Made by a program: the position numbers and the translations under genes. A stretch of 63,995 bases of DNA, the filler included, from Piptocephalis cylindrospora (Eukaryota), in the NCBI GenBank assembly GCA_003614145.1. It is 5 parts of 5 records of this genome, joined end to end, with 100 filler letters (N's around TTAATTAATTAA, not from the genome) between each part and the next. Parts side by side here need not be neighbours in the genome. Positions count along the whole stretch, not along the records: positions 27,725 to 41,325 come from KZ987939.1; positions 41,426 to 55,020 come from KZ987940.1; 3 more parts are not named here. One strand, written 5' to 3'. Positions 34,207 to 46,030 of the stretch are shown piece by piece. The notes under the pieces are model-generated. The model made no database searches, had not been told where the DNA came from, and saw only the letters and a list, made by a program, of their open reading frames with translations. Each line of letters opens with the position of its first letter. The stretch's first letter is position 1.

Positions 34207-37200
34207 ATGCATCAAGTTAACAGCTCTTTACTCCTAATTCTGGCCCTGACGGCTACTGTCCAGGCTGGCCATGTGACCGATTACGACGGGGCCGCCGAAG
34301 ATATCTCGGAAACCTCATATGGTACATCTGAGATGATTCGTGGTCCCCAATACCTCTTACGCCGCCGGTCTGCTTATGAGACCGCCGCTCCCGAGGCCAA
34401 TGAGGGCCCAGAATCGGGCTCTAAACCCTCTTACTCTGCGGGTCCGATCAGTGACCTCAAGCCCAACTCCGACAATAACGGTGGGTGTGACGAGTCTAAG
34501 AAGCATGGCCCTAGCCCTGTACTTAATGGGAAGGATAAGGGAGGTAAGTCGGCGCCTGAGCATGAGGCCACTTGTCACGGGCCCGATTGTGATCATGGGC
34601 ATGGAAAGGGCCACCGAGGACCCAAGAGCCCATCCACTCCTCTCGCCCCCGAGGATGCTTCCTACGAGATGGTCGATCATCCTGATGTCTACTCTAGCGA
34701 TGCTGCCCCTGCCAAAGCTCATGGCAATAAAGGACCCAAGAAGGAGAGGAAGGGTAGGGTGGAGAGCTATGATGAAGAGACGAATATCCAAGTCATCGAG
34801 AATGAATCGTCTGGGACGGGAATGTATGGTAAGTCATTGCGCCAGATGAAGGCGTCTAGATAACCTTGGCCTGTATACACTTTTAATTTTAATGCTTATG
34901 CCTTGCTCATTAGAAACTTCTCCTGAGCATGAAGTCAAGCCCTTCCATGGCGGAAAGAAACGTCCCGCCGGTCATTCGTACCCGGAGGAATCCGAGGGAT
35001 ATAAGTCATCCCATGACTCTGCTCCCCAAAAATCCAAGGGCCATGGGCCATCTCACGACACTCTTCCTTATGAGAACGTGGAGGGAGCTTACGATCATGA
35101 AACTGCTCCAGGGTACGGAAGCGAAAATAATGCCCCCGACCATGTTCCTCGTGGAAAGAAACACGGAAAGCCCAGTGGGTATGAAACTGCTCCCGAGGAA
35201 GATGTCCTCGGAGAAGATCTTGGTTCTGAGATGGCTGCTCCTCATAAATCAAAGAAGCATCACCACGAGGGTCCCGAGGCTCCTTCATACGAGTCTGCCC
35301 CTCTTGAGGAGGAGTCGTATACGGATGTAATCCCAGATGTTGAGGCCATTAATGGCTCTCCTCTCCATGGCCAGCCTGGTAAGTCACAGAAAGCGCATAA
35401 GGTTGCCATTACTTTCGATAGGAAGGATATGTGTCTCACCTTATTCCGTACCATATAGAGCAAGACTTGAGCTACGGTCCTTCCAAGGGCCTTCATGGTA
35501 GGAAGAAGCATTCCAGTCCCTCCCATTCTGATATTCTCCCCGCTGAGGAGCTTGATAGTGCTTATGGAAGCGAAATGCCTGCTATTAACCATTATCCATC
35601 TGAATCTTCCAAGCCTCATCATGGGAAGAAGCACAGCCACAAGTCCCCCTCCCCTACCCCTGAGGAGTCTTACGAATCTATGCCCGAGGAAGGCTTTGAG
35701 ATTTCCCGTCCTTCCAAGCCTCATCATGGTAATAAGAATGAAGAGGAATCGGATATGCCCTTCCCTGGTGAATCTTATGGTGAATCTCCCGAGAAGCTTT
35801 CCTTTGTCCCAAGCTTGCCCAAGAAGCATCATGAAGGAAAGCATGGAGCTGATCACGAACTTTCTACACCTGAAGGTGACTACGGCTCCCTTCCCGAGGA
35901 TACCTTCCGGGCCCCTCATAGCAAGAAGCCTCATCACGGAAAGAAGAATGACAAACCCTCGGGTGAGCATGCCCCTGAATTGGATTCCTGTAAGGACTTT
36001 GACGACTGTGCTGGGCCCCAGGAATACGAGGAGATGCGCTCCATCCCCGACTCTACTGAGAAGCCCCATCATGGTAAAGCCAAAAATCATCATGGCGAGG
36101 CTCCTGAAGTAGATATGGACCAGGGTGATGTACCTGAAATTCCCTATCCTGAGGAGGATTTCACGACTCCTCATAAGAAGCATGGAACCCCTTCCAAGGC
36201 CCATGAGCTCCCCATAGAAGACACTTCGTACGGATCCACCGCGCCCATGCACGCCCCGTCCCATGGATCTCCCAAGGGACATGGTGGTAAGGGCTCTCCT
36301 CCTCTTGGACTTAACGAGGACATTTCCTACGGTGGCTCTGCTCCTGAGACCCGCCCTGATAGTGGGTCTACCAAGCCTCTCAGCTCCAAGGGTCCTTCTG
36401 GACCCTCATATGGTAGTGAGCTCCCCGAAGTGGAGGATATGCCCGAGGCCTATCCCGAGGAGGATACCCTCCCCGCCTTCACTGGAAAGCCTCATGGTGG
36501 AAAGCACGGGAACAAGTCCCATGGGCATGGCGGGGAGGAAGATATGTCCTGCGAGGTGGGTGAGAATTGTGATACTCCAATCATACCCGAGGAAAGCTAC
36601 GGCTCTGGGCCCACCAAGGCCAAGGGCGATATAAAGCCCCATCATGAGAGTCTCAAAACCTCTCCAGATTCTGGCTATGCTCCTGAGGAGGATTACTCCA
36701 CCGCCCCTAAGGCCTTCTCCGCTCCCAAGAGCGGTGGCAAGGGTCCAGGTACTCTGCCATCCTACGATCATGGCCCCTCCGCATCTCACAGAAAGACCTC
36801 TCCTGAGAATGTCACCAGCAGTGGCCCTGAGAAAGAGAATTCCTATGGCCCTGGTTCATCCGAGGCTCCCTCCTATGGAAGTGCTCCCTCCGCCGAGCAT
36901 CCCTCCACCACGTCCAAGCCCCATCGTGGGAAAGGCCCTAAGGCCCTCCCTGAGGAGGAATCCCTGACGGGCGAGGGATATCCCACTGGCCCTAGCAAGC
37001 CTCATGGTAGCTCCAAGCCTATGGAGGAGATGGATCACGCTTCCCCTGCCAAGCAAAACACCTATGGCTCTCCATCCGCCCCTAAGAAGCCTGTGCTCCC
37101 TGAAGATTATCGCCTACCCAGCTCCTACAACCCAGAGACTGGATACCCCACTACGGGAAGCGGCCCCAATGGTGCTGATAAGGACTCCTACCCCGCTACA

Positions 37201-38193
37201 GAAAATATGGGAAAGCCCCTTAAATCGATTACGAAGCCATCCAAGGCACCCTCCAGTAAGATGTCTCCCGATCATGCTCCCGCTCGCGAAGTTACCTATG
37301 GCGAGTCTGACCTGACCCCTGAGGAGATGGAGGAAGAGATGGGTGACTTGAAGCCCGCCAAGGTTATCAAAGCCCCTAAGGCCCAAAAGAATAAAGCCCC
37401 CGAAACCTACGGAAAGGAGGCACCCAAAGCTGAGAAGAACAAGGCCGTCGAGCATGACAACACCAAGGTGGATGACCATCATCGTGAGGCTCCATGTACC
37501 GATGAGGCCAAGAAGACTGCATGTGACGAGGATGAGGAAGATGTAGAGGGGAAAGCTGCCTATCAAGGAGATGAGTCCTGCGACGAGGATGACTTTGAGT
37601 CTGCCGACGAGTGGGATGAAATCGATGAGGTGGAGGATATCCAGAAATCTCCCAAGTCCGCACCCTCCCACGAAGATGTCAATCTGGACGCTCATACTGA
37701 TGATGTCCTTGGGGCCAACGAGGGAAAGGACGAAGATGAGGTTTTCACGGCTCCTGAGGATTCCGACGATGAGGATTGTGAAGATGAAGATGAAGATGAG
37801 GAAATTAACAGTGATAACGATAATGGCAATGTTGCCGGAGCCGACGAGGAGCAAGACAACGACTACGATGAGATTCCCCTGGAAGAATTCTACGGTGAGG
37901 ATGTTGCCGAGGCTGATTACGCCAAGGATGCTGAGATTGCTGCCGAGGACTGCGATGATGATCAAGGGTCCGTCGATGCCGCTAACCTGATGGGGGATAA
38001 CGAGGCCGTCAAGGCCGAGGAGACTCCATGTGACACGGATGATACCGCTGGCGCTACTGGCCCCACTGAAGCCCCTGTTGCCGAGGCAGCCAGCTCCGAT
38101 GCTCCAGCTCCTCCTACTGATGCTGTCGAAGCTGCCACTTCCGTTGAAGACAGTGCTCCTGAGGCCTCCCCTGCCACGGATGGGGCCTACTAG
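34207..38193 (+). CDS. Large secreted low-complexity His/Pro/Glu/Ser/Tyr-rich protein C
   Basis: Signal peptide MHQVNSSLLLILALTATVQA; introns ~34829-34913 and ~35378-35459; recurring ESY[GE] and KPHHGKK motifs; acidic C-terminal region with scattered cysteines. Confidence 0.85.
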
Positions 38194-40095
38194 ATTGTTC
38201 CATTTCTTCAGGATTGAGTGAAGAAACAAGAAGGCTACGACTTTCTTTCTCGTTTCTGACACCTAAACGATCGAATACAAAAATATTTTATTTTAAATTT
38301 AGTGCGTGAATTTTGATTTAGAAAGGTGTGTGAGCTAGTGTGCTATCGAATAGGCATAGGCCTACATGTAGCCAAAAAGGGTATAATTCTTCTATCAATT
38401 TAACGAGGGGAATGACGATGACCCATCACCCACGCTAAACCAGTAGCCAGTAATGGGTGCATACTCGCCAAGTGAGAAGAGAAAGACTTGAGTCTCTTAC
38501 TAGAAACCGGGCACCTGTAGATTACTTAAAAGTCAGAAAATGACAGTGCAACTTTGGGTATTGAATGCGACTCTAACATCATGATTTATGCTTTGTTTAC
38601 TCTAAAAGACGGTGTGTGGCAACCCTGCTGGTCTTGTTCAGTGTGTGCACAGTCCACCTGTCGGAGTTTCTCGCCTGGGTTCCTGTACAGGGCACTTTGG
38701 GTGAAGACAGAAGGGGAGGATCGGGGTTTGTCTCACCGTTCTGCCTCCTTGGTGGCATACAAGCAGAATGGGTTACTTGAGTCGCAGCTATCAGGGTGCT
38801 CCTCTTCTAGGATTTTAAAGGATGGGGTGATTCCCTCGCATTCCGGCGTGTCCGCTCTTTCCGAACAAAGCCACTTCTCGAAAATATATCATCAGGTTAA
38901 CTCCGAAGTGTCCTAAACAAAAACCAAGATCATCCCCTGAAGGTCCCTCTTCAACCAAGCCGCAATACCCCTGTCGGAACTGAATATATGCGAATCCAGT
39001 GCCCTTGCGACACCCATGATTGTTCCTCAGTTCATGTCGATTTTCCGATGATTGTACGTATGGTGGCGAGAGGAGTAGGGTAATGCCCTTTGCCTCCTCT
39101 TCCTCACGAGAAGGAGGAAGGCCATTGTCAAAGATATGTGCATGGATGGGGAAAGGCGATGATTGACATGGATCATCCCCTCTGCGTTTCTGCATTGTCC
39201 CCAGGGTAGATCTCTTTTGCCTGGATCTGCTGCATGGTCCAAGATCCAGCAGGGACGTATAAGAAGGCTGGATGGGGGACGGGCGCGTCAGACAGGGGTT
39301 AGGCCCACACCCCCAAGCGAGCTGCATGACATGGCATCCATCGTACTCGTACCATAGCTCACATAGTTTACATCGGGTCGTACCTTCCTAGGGGTGATAG
39401 AGGAGGGACGATATGCGTGAACTATGGTATGGTGTGCGGTGCAGCCAGAGAGAGGATGGTGAGAATATTTGGAGTGGGTAGGAGCAGGAAAAAGATTGAT
39501 CAGCCAGCCACTACTCATTTGCTTCCTTCCCTAGGGAAGGAACATAGTACGAGACAAAGGCCCCTTGGAAGGGGCAGCTCATTCACCCTTGGTCAGTAGC
39601 CTGTACTCATGATGTAGGGGGATGCATCTCAAGGCAAGAGACTAGGGGATGGTCATCCCCCGGGGGAAGGCATCTATCTACCTGTCTATGGAATTCATCC
39701 ATCTAGCCATGTAATCTCCCTTTCCCCCTCCTAAATCCTCAGCCCACTCTATGGTAGTTAACCCTTACATCCTCAACAATCCTGCCCTACCCGATGCATC
39801 CTATTATCGACTATATATAGCACTAAGGAAGGAGGCATAAGGTGAAGAGAATGGGGAAAAAGGATCAACCCTGGACCATCTACCTTTATTCGCCTCAAAT
39901 CCCCTTTCCTACTTTACCCCTCACATACCTCTACAAATCTTTATAAGCTCCGTGCTCTCCCTCAGGTCATATCAAGCATCCTCGCTTCCTATCATCTCAA
40001 ATCCTTGAATCATCCAAACATTTCACCAGTATACAACCCCTTCGCATCACCTTAATTAACCACACCCAAACCTGATACCCTCCCCCCCGCCTACC

Positions 40096-40977
40096 ATGAA
40101 CAAGCTTACTCTGACCACCCTCCTCGTCGCACTGGCCTATCTGGCTCCCGGAGCCTCGGCAAGCCCCACGAATTACGAGGCATCCGATGAAGAAAGTGGG
40201 TACTCTCGGCTTGCTGAGCGATCCTACCAATCTCCTATGCCCCCGCGGAGTACCTTGGCTGATGTCAAGGTCGAGATTGGTCGTCGGTGTGGAAAGCACT
40301 TGGTGAATGCCGATGCCAACGTCCTCGGGCTCGTCGGGGCCAAAATTGGGCTCCTCCGCCGTGGTAACTACGCCACATCTCCCTCAAACTACGAGGGCGA
40401 GGGAGAGACTGAGTATGGCAATGGCCATGGCAAGGAGTATGGTGGCGAGACTGACACCGGGTACGGTGGTGGTCATGGCAAGGGCAATGCCCTCTCCAAT
40501 ATTCCCTGCGAGCAACTCAACGAGTACGCGCAAGAGTATGAAACTGAGGAGCAGTACGAAGCCGAGTCTGGCTCTGAAGAAGAGTACGGTAGTGGCCAAG
40601 AGAGCGAGGAGGAATATGGCAATGAGGAGTATGAGGCCCCTGCTCCTGCTCCCGCCTATGAGGCCCCTGCCCCCGCACCTGTATACGAGTCTCCTGCTCC
40701 CGCTCCTGCTCCCTCTTACGAGGCTCCCGCTCCCTCTTACAAGGAGACTCCTACCTATAAGGCACCTGCTCCCGCCCCCGCTCCCGCTTACAAGGCCCCT
40801 GCCCCCGCTCCTGCTTACAAGGAGGCTCCCGCTCCCGCTCCCGAGCACAAGAAGACCGAGAAGGGACCCTCAGAGTCATACCATCCCGAGGAGTCCTACG
40901 AACAAGGCCCCTCCTACTCTGCTCCCAAGGGAGGCAATAGTGAGGATACGTACGCTGAGGCACAGTCTGAGTACTAA
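40096..40977 (+). CDS. Secreted Pro/Ala/Tyr/Glu-rich protein D (extensin-like repeats)
   Basis: Signal peptide MNKLTLTTLLVALAYLAPGASA; EEEYG and (Y[EK]APAPAPA)n repeats; the segment VNADANVLG shares ADANVLG with repeat 7 of protein B. Confidence 0.88.
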   Translation: MNKLTLTTLLVALAYLAPGASASPTNYEASDEESGYSRLAERSYQSPMPPRSTLADVKVEIGRRCGKHLVNADANVLGLVGAKIGLLRRGNYATSPSNYEGEGETEYGNGHGKEYGGETDTGYGGGHGKGNALSNIPCEQLNEYAQEYETEEQYEAESGSEEEYGSGQESEEEYGNEEYEAPAPAPAYEAPAPAPVYESPAPAPAPSYEAPAPSYKETPTYKAPAPAPAPAYKAPAPAPAYKEAPAPAPEHKKTEKGPSESYHPEESYEQGPSYSAPKGGNSEDTYAEAQSEY

Positions 40978-41270
40978 AGTGTGTTTGTCAAGGCTCTTCT
41001 AGCACTTTTCCTCCTTGAACCCCCCACACCTACCCTTTTCCTTCCCATTCCATCCCCTAGTCTCTTTCGATCGGCATTCATGCCACATACATGCCGATTT
41101 CCTAATCATCCTAATTATGAGTCGTGATAGCAGGTTGGGTGAATGAGTGTGATGAGAGAGTGTGAGTAAAGACACCGGGGTGAGGCCCCTTCCCTCCACT
41201 CACAAGTACAGAATAGTTGGAACAAGGGAATATGCGCATCAGAGCATACCTTGTATTTCCAAGGCACACG

Positions 41271-41314
<44 letters not shown>

Positions 41315-41425
41315 CCCCCCCCCCCNNNNNNNNNNNNNNNNNNNNNNNNNNNNNNNNNNNNNNNNNNNNTTAATTAATTAANNNNNNNNNNNNNNNNNNN
41401 NNNNNNNNNNNNNNNNNNNNNNNNN

Positions 41426-41730
41426 ATCCTCCTCAGCCCCCCCTGCCCCTCCCCCAACCCCACACCAGCCTTGTCCACCCCCTCCACTACCCCTTGTACT
41501 CTGTACGAAATTGTCCAGTTCTCCTGCGAGCAAAATAGCAAGGCCCAGGTCGTGTGCGAGCCCTTCCTACGGCTCTTCCGAAGGTACGTCCTATCAGAGT
41601 GTAGATGGATTGTAAGGCGCTTGGAACCTGCTGTAGACCCACAGTGTATTCACTCCTTTCTTCGAACGCCTCTAGATGCTATGACGGTCGATTGGCCAAG
41701 GAGACGGTCCAAGAGGTCGTGTCATCGTAG
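41426..41730 (+). CDS. SOM1: Mitochondrial inner-membrane peptidase subunit Som1 (5'-truncated)
   Basis: CTLYEIVQFSC...VVCEPFLRLFRR|CYDGRLAKETVQEVVSS*; intron ~41584-41674; Som1-type cysteine pattern. Confidence 0.65.
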
Positions 41731-41986
41731 CTTGGTGTCGTGTACACATTTCAGTGATGTGGTGACCTTGATGCAATGTACACTTTCTGGTGGCGTGTTG
41801 CCTTCTCCTGATGCTGCTCTCATCCATCACGGAAAGTGAATGCAGGTGCGTTTGTTCAACTCTGACGAAACAATAGCATGAAAAAGTCAAGATTAAGGCA
41901 GATACACACATTGCATCGATCCAAAAACACACAGAAACACACGCACATGCACACGTATCTGCAATGGGGCGCAAACTGGGGATGCT

Positions 41987-43732
41987 TCAGTAAACGGCCA
42001 CATGAGCACCTGGAGCCCCAAAGGCCGAATGCATCATCCCAGCCAGGGGGGAGCGGATGAAATGTGTGGCGGTGGTGGTGGTGGTGGCAGGGGAGGAGGG
42101 TGGTGAGATGGAGGAGGAGGGGTGGAGAGAGCGACTCTTAAACAGACTCCCTACTCCAGCCCCGACCATTAGAGCCCCAAGAAGGAGGAAAGCCCAGGCA
42201 GAGAGGGCTTCCATGGCCGGCACCTCCTCCTTCCCATCCTTGCCCTTGGGCCTGGATGCTGAAGAGGATTCGTGAGGTGGGGTGCCTCGATAGGAGGATC
42301 GCTTATGGGTCCTTGGATGCCTCCTCTCCCCTCTTCCCTCTTGAGTAGCGGCGGTGGTGATGGTGGCGGTGGTGACCAAGGGGCGGGTTCGACGGTGATG
42401 ACGATGGGAACGACGGGAAGCCCCACGGGCCCTTCCCCATACCACATCCTCGTGAGGCGGAGTCAGAGCCGGGACGGATGCAGGATGAGAGGAGGAGGAA
42501 ATGGGGATAGGAGTATCAGGATCGTGATCACGAGTCGTCCTGGAGCCGGGGAGGGACCCGATAGTTCTCCAGTAAGGGGGCGGTGGATCACCCTCCTCCC
42601 ATCCTGGAGGAAGGGGAGGTCTATTGGGGAGTCGATGCCGATAACGAAGGCTCCCACGACTCCCTGCCCTGCTAGATGGCCTGGAGGTGGGGGCCCGGAG
42701 GGCCGAGGCCGCCAAGGCCGCCACCACCACACTCACCCTCCCGCTCAACGGAAGGGGGTGGGGACGGGTGCGAGAGTGGGATGGCTGATTCAAATGGGGA
42801 GGAGGGAGAGATTCGGTGGATTTGGCGGGTTGCAGGGTAGGAGAGAGATGAATCTCCCTTGGAGTCCTAACCTGACTGGTGTGTGGGAGGGAGAGGGAGG
42901 CAAGACCCACAGGAAGATCTTGGGAGGTGGAAGGGATGGACATGGAGGAAGCGGTGATGATCCTGGCTTTTCCCTTTCCACCTGAAGCATCCTCGAACCG
43001 AAAGGGGTGTAGTAGGGGATGATGAAGTGGAGGGGGGGTGTTCGTGGTGGTGGCTGGACGGGACCTCTTCCGATGCCTGGACACCGAGGGGTGCTGGGAT
43101 GGATGGGGACCAACTGGATGGTGCCGATGTTGCGAGTGATGGGATGCGGACTTGTGCCGACGATGCTGGGACCGATGCCTTGGGGAGGAGGAAGCTGAGG
43201 CAGCGGAGTGGGGATTTGAGGCTGAGGTGGAACGGGTGAGGCTGGAAGAGAAGGAATTTGGGGTGGATGACGAGGAGTGAGCGGAGTGGGAGGACGGTGG
43301 AAGGAGGAAGCCCCCGGTGTTGGCCAGCATGACCAGATCAGCCACGGATATGATGAGGTCTTGTTCAAGGTTCAGGGAAAGCTGGGGTCTTTCGGGAATC
43401 CGGTCAGACATGGCATCAGCCATGGCACCTGGATCAGCATGGCCATCTTCCCCCCCTCCCCGCTCATCCTCACCATGTCTCCCATCCTCCCCTTCATGAT
43501 CTTGCACGCCATCCCCCCTCAAGGAGCCCCTGGGAGATTCTCTCGCCCTACGGTTAGACGACTGAACCAGCCTACGGAGTTCGTTTGAGTTGGTCGAGGT
43601 AATTTGGGAGTAATGGTGAGCAATCTGAATCCAGGCTCCATCCTCTGCCTCCTTGGGCGTGGTGACAAAGGATGAAGGCCAGGAAACTTTATCAAACTCC
43701 TCTTCCAAAGCACCTGGGACGTCTTGGGTCAT
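41987..43732 (-). CDS. Hypothetical low-complexity (Ser/Pro/His/Arg) protein with a C-terminal hydrophobic helix
   Basis: Long open frame from MTQDVPG; candidate transmembrane segment ALSAWAFLLLGALMVGAGVGSLF near the C-terminus. Confidence 0.6.
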   Translation of the reverse strand: MTQDVPGALEEEFDKVSWPSSFVTTPKEAEDGAWIQIAHHYSQITSTNSNELRRLVQSSNRRARESPRGSLRGDGVQDHEGEDGRHGEDERGGGEDGHADPGAMADAMSDRIPERPQLSLNLEQDLIISVADLVMLANTGGFLLPPSSHSAHSSSSTPNSFSSSLTRSTSASNPHSAASASSSPRHRSQHRRHKSASHHSQHRHHPVGPHPSQHPSVSRHRKRSRPATTTNTPPPLHHPLLHPFRFEDASGGKGKARIITASSMSIPSTSQDLPVGLASLSLPHTSQVRTPREIHLSPTLQPAKSTESLPPPHLNQPSHSRTRPHPLPLSGRVSVVVAALAASALRAPTSRPSSRAGSRGSLRYRHRLPNRPPLPPGWEEGDPPPPYWRTIGSLPGSRTTRDHDPDTPIPISSSSHPASVPALTPPHEDVVWGRARGASRRSHRHHRRTRPLVTTATITTAATQEGRGERRHPRTHKRSSYRGTPPHESSSASRPKGKDGKEEVPAMEALSAWAFLLLGALMVGAGVGSLFKSRSLHPSSSISPPSSPATTTTTATHFIRSPLAGMMHSAFGAPGAHVAVY

Positions 43733-44557
43733 GGGTGGGAGAAGGAGTGCGCTGGTCGATCGATGCTGAAGAGGAGGATTGAGGTCAGCAGAGAAGGAAG
43801 AGTAGGCGATAGACGGATGGTAAAGGCGAAAGGAGGAGAGAGAAGAGGAAAAAGAAGAGGAGAGGGAAGGAAAAATGAGAGAGGAGAGAGGAGAGAGGAG
43901 AGAGGAGAAAAGGTTCAAGAGTCAAATGGAGGGAAACGTCAACGGGGAAGGTGAGGCCCTTTTAAAGGTCAGTTGTTCGCCTCATCACGCAGAAGGGAAG
44001 AGCCAGGGTGGGCACACACACTCACACGGTGAGTCAGGCCACTTCAGCCTCCCTGGTAGTAGTAGGAGCAGTATGGGCAAGAGCGAGCGGGTCAGAGTGC
44101 TGATCAAAGGGGGTCACGAGGACGAGTCAGGTTTTGGGCCGTCACACACCCACACCCAGATTGACATAGAAACGGACATACATTTTGGAGTAGGTGTGCC
44201 TTTTGGGACGGGGGCTGAGCTGTGTGACTCCGCTTCCTAGCCATCACAACATCCGAAAAACATTGGACTGCAGTTGCCATCAAGCGAATGTCTAACCATG
44301 GTTGGGCATATAAGTGGCATTCCATGGTCAATGTATCTCTCCAGTATGTCTCCGTAATCATCACATCTTTGTAGAGTATCTGCTCACATCACCCTGCATC
44401 ACCTATTTCACCCACAGCTGGAATATATATGGAGAAAAGAGGATGCTTTCGTTTATTTCACCATTCCTCTCAGGATCGTAGTGTTATTCCAGATCAAGTC
44501 ACTAAACAAGGCAGATGGTGCTAGATAGTCGAAGGCTTACCAGGGAGGAAGGAGCCT

Positions 44558-46030
44558 TTAGGACTGGGAAAGAGCGGTGGTATTAGAAGAAGGGTCGGCC
44601 TTGGGTGCAGGGCGTTCAACGAACTTGGTTATCAGAGTCTTCATCAGGGGATCAATATCCTCGTAGGTAATAGCCGTGTCCTGCTCCTTATGACCCTTGA
44701 GAGCGGTGTTGAACAGCTCCGACGCTTCCTCTGCAAGACCAGCTTCCCTCTCCTCCGAGGGACTCAGCGACCGTGGCTTGAACGAATCCAGGGAGTCCCG
44801 CATCCTCTTGTCCTTCATCATCTCATGGTAGGAGCCAGCGTCCATGGAAGGACGGCTATAGGCCTTGTGAGGGAGCAACGCATCATACAATGTGGCGAAA
44901 AACCCATAGAGATCTGCATTGAGGACATGCTCCTCGGTCTTCGAGGACTTTGGTTGGTAGTATGCCCAGGGTATGAAACCGGGCGTCCCAACCTTATACT
45001 CTCCCTTCCTACACACCTCTGGTACCTCGGCCTTCTTCACAGCCAAGTCGAAATTCCAGATCTTCAAGACCGATGCACCATTGGCGACATGGATCAACGT
45101 CTCCGGGTTCAGGTTCCGATGAATGATACCAACCTCCTGGTTGAGCTTCTTAAGACTAAGATAAGCATCCCCGAAGCCCTTGGCCAGAGGAATCTCCCAG
45201 GCTGCATTTGTACGTTCAGCTTCGACGTACCTCACTAGGTTTGTCGTCATACCTGGGAAAGTGTAAGGTTCAAGTGCATCGTGCAAGATAATGGCCAAAT
45301 AGTCATCATGGTCCACGACAACGTCCAAAGGTTGAATGACAAAGGTTGGTATGTGAGCAAATGCTTCCAAGTGCAATTTGATTATCCTAGCGAACTTGTT
45401 TTTGACTTTAGGATCCTCATGGATACTACCTTTCCTACCTTTAGGTCCATACACACCGTCCCCGATGAAGGGCCCCGCGGAATCGATATTCTTGGCGAAT
45501 ACCTGGAAGCCCGCCAAATGGTCATGAAAAGCACCCACTCCAGTAAAGCGGCGATTGGCGTGCAGTTCATTTTGGTAGATCCTATGAATTCTAGATGGCG
45601 GCTGTTCATTCAACTTACTGGAAGGTAGATCCCCATTTGGGCTCTCCCCATTCAGGGCCAGATGGGCGTATTTAGTAGCGCACCAAGCCCACTCCTTCCG
45701 ATCAGCGTCACTCTCCTTCACTTCCGCAGCTAGTTTGGGAAAGACACTGGATTTGTAACCCATTACTTTATGGGGTGGGTACGCTTCACAGCGGATCTTG
45801 ATCTGCTCACGATCCTCGGGGGAAACGAAGTAAGCATCGGAAGGAGTAGCCTTATAGGCGTGGGGTGGTGCACGGACCCCATGGGAATGAGTGGGAGTGG
45901 CCTGCGGGGAGAGGGACAGACCGAGGAAGAGAGGGAGGAGAAGGAGGAGGGCACCTGTCGAAAGAGTGGAGAGGGAGTTGTCATGATTCGGGGCAGAAAA
46001 GCCAGGAGCAGAGATAAAGGGAAGCATCAT
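44558..46030 (-). CDS. Putative secreted protein pseudokinase, intronless
   Basis: N-terminal hydrophobic segment GALLLLLPLFLGLSLS; kinase fold with VFAK, IIHRNLNPET (HRD to HRN), KIWNFDLA (DFG to NFD), VGTPGFIP and ADLYG. Confidence 0.85.
   Translation of the reverse strand: MMLPFISAPGFSAPNHDNSLSTLSTGALLLLLPLFLGLSLSPQATPTHSHGVRAPPHAYKATPSDAYFVSPEDREQIKIRCEAYPPHKVMGYKSSVFPKLAAEVKESDADRKEWAWCATKYAHLALNGESPNGDLPSSKLNEQPPSRIHRIYQNELHANRRFTGVGAFHDHLAGFQVFAKNIDSAGPFIGDGVYGPKGRKGSIHEDPKVKNKFARIIKLHLEAFAHIPTFVIQPLDVVVDHDDYLAIILHDALEPYTFPGMTTNLVRYVEAERTNAAWEIPLAKGFGDAYLSLKKLNQEVGIIHRNLNPETLIHVANGASVLKIWNFDLAVKKAEVPEVCRKGEYKVGTPGFIPWAYYQPKSSKTEEHVLNADLYGFFATLYDALLPHKAYSRPSMDAGSYHEMMKDKRMRDSLDSFKPRSLSPSEEREAGLAEEASELFNTALKGHKEQDTAITYEDIDPLMKTLITKFVERPAPKADPSSNTTALSQS

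Noticed and set aside
35260..38262. Long minus-strand hydrophobic ORFs (340 and 382 aa)
   Set aside because: Antisense shadows of low-complexity secreted protein C.
41271..41325. Poly-C run
   Set aside because: Homopolymer at a contig end, with unreliable length; the likely cause of the assembly break.
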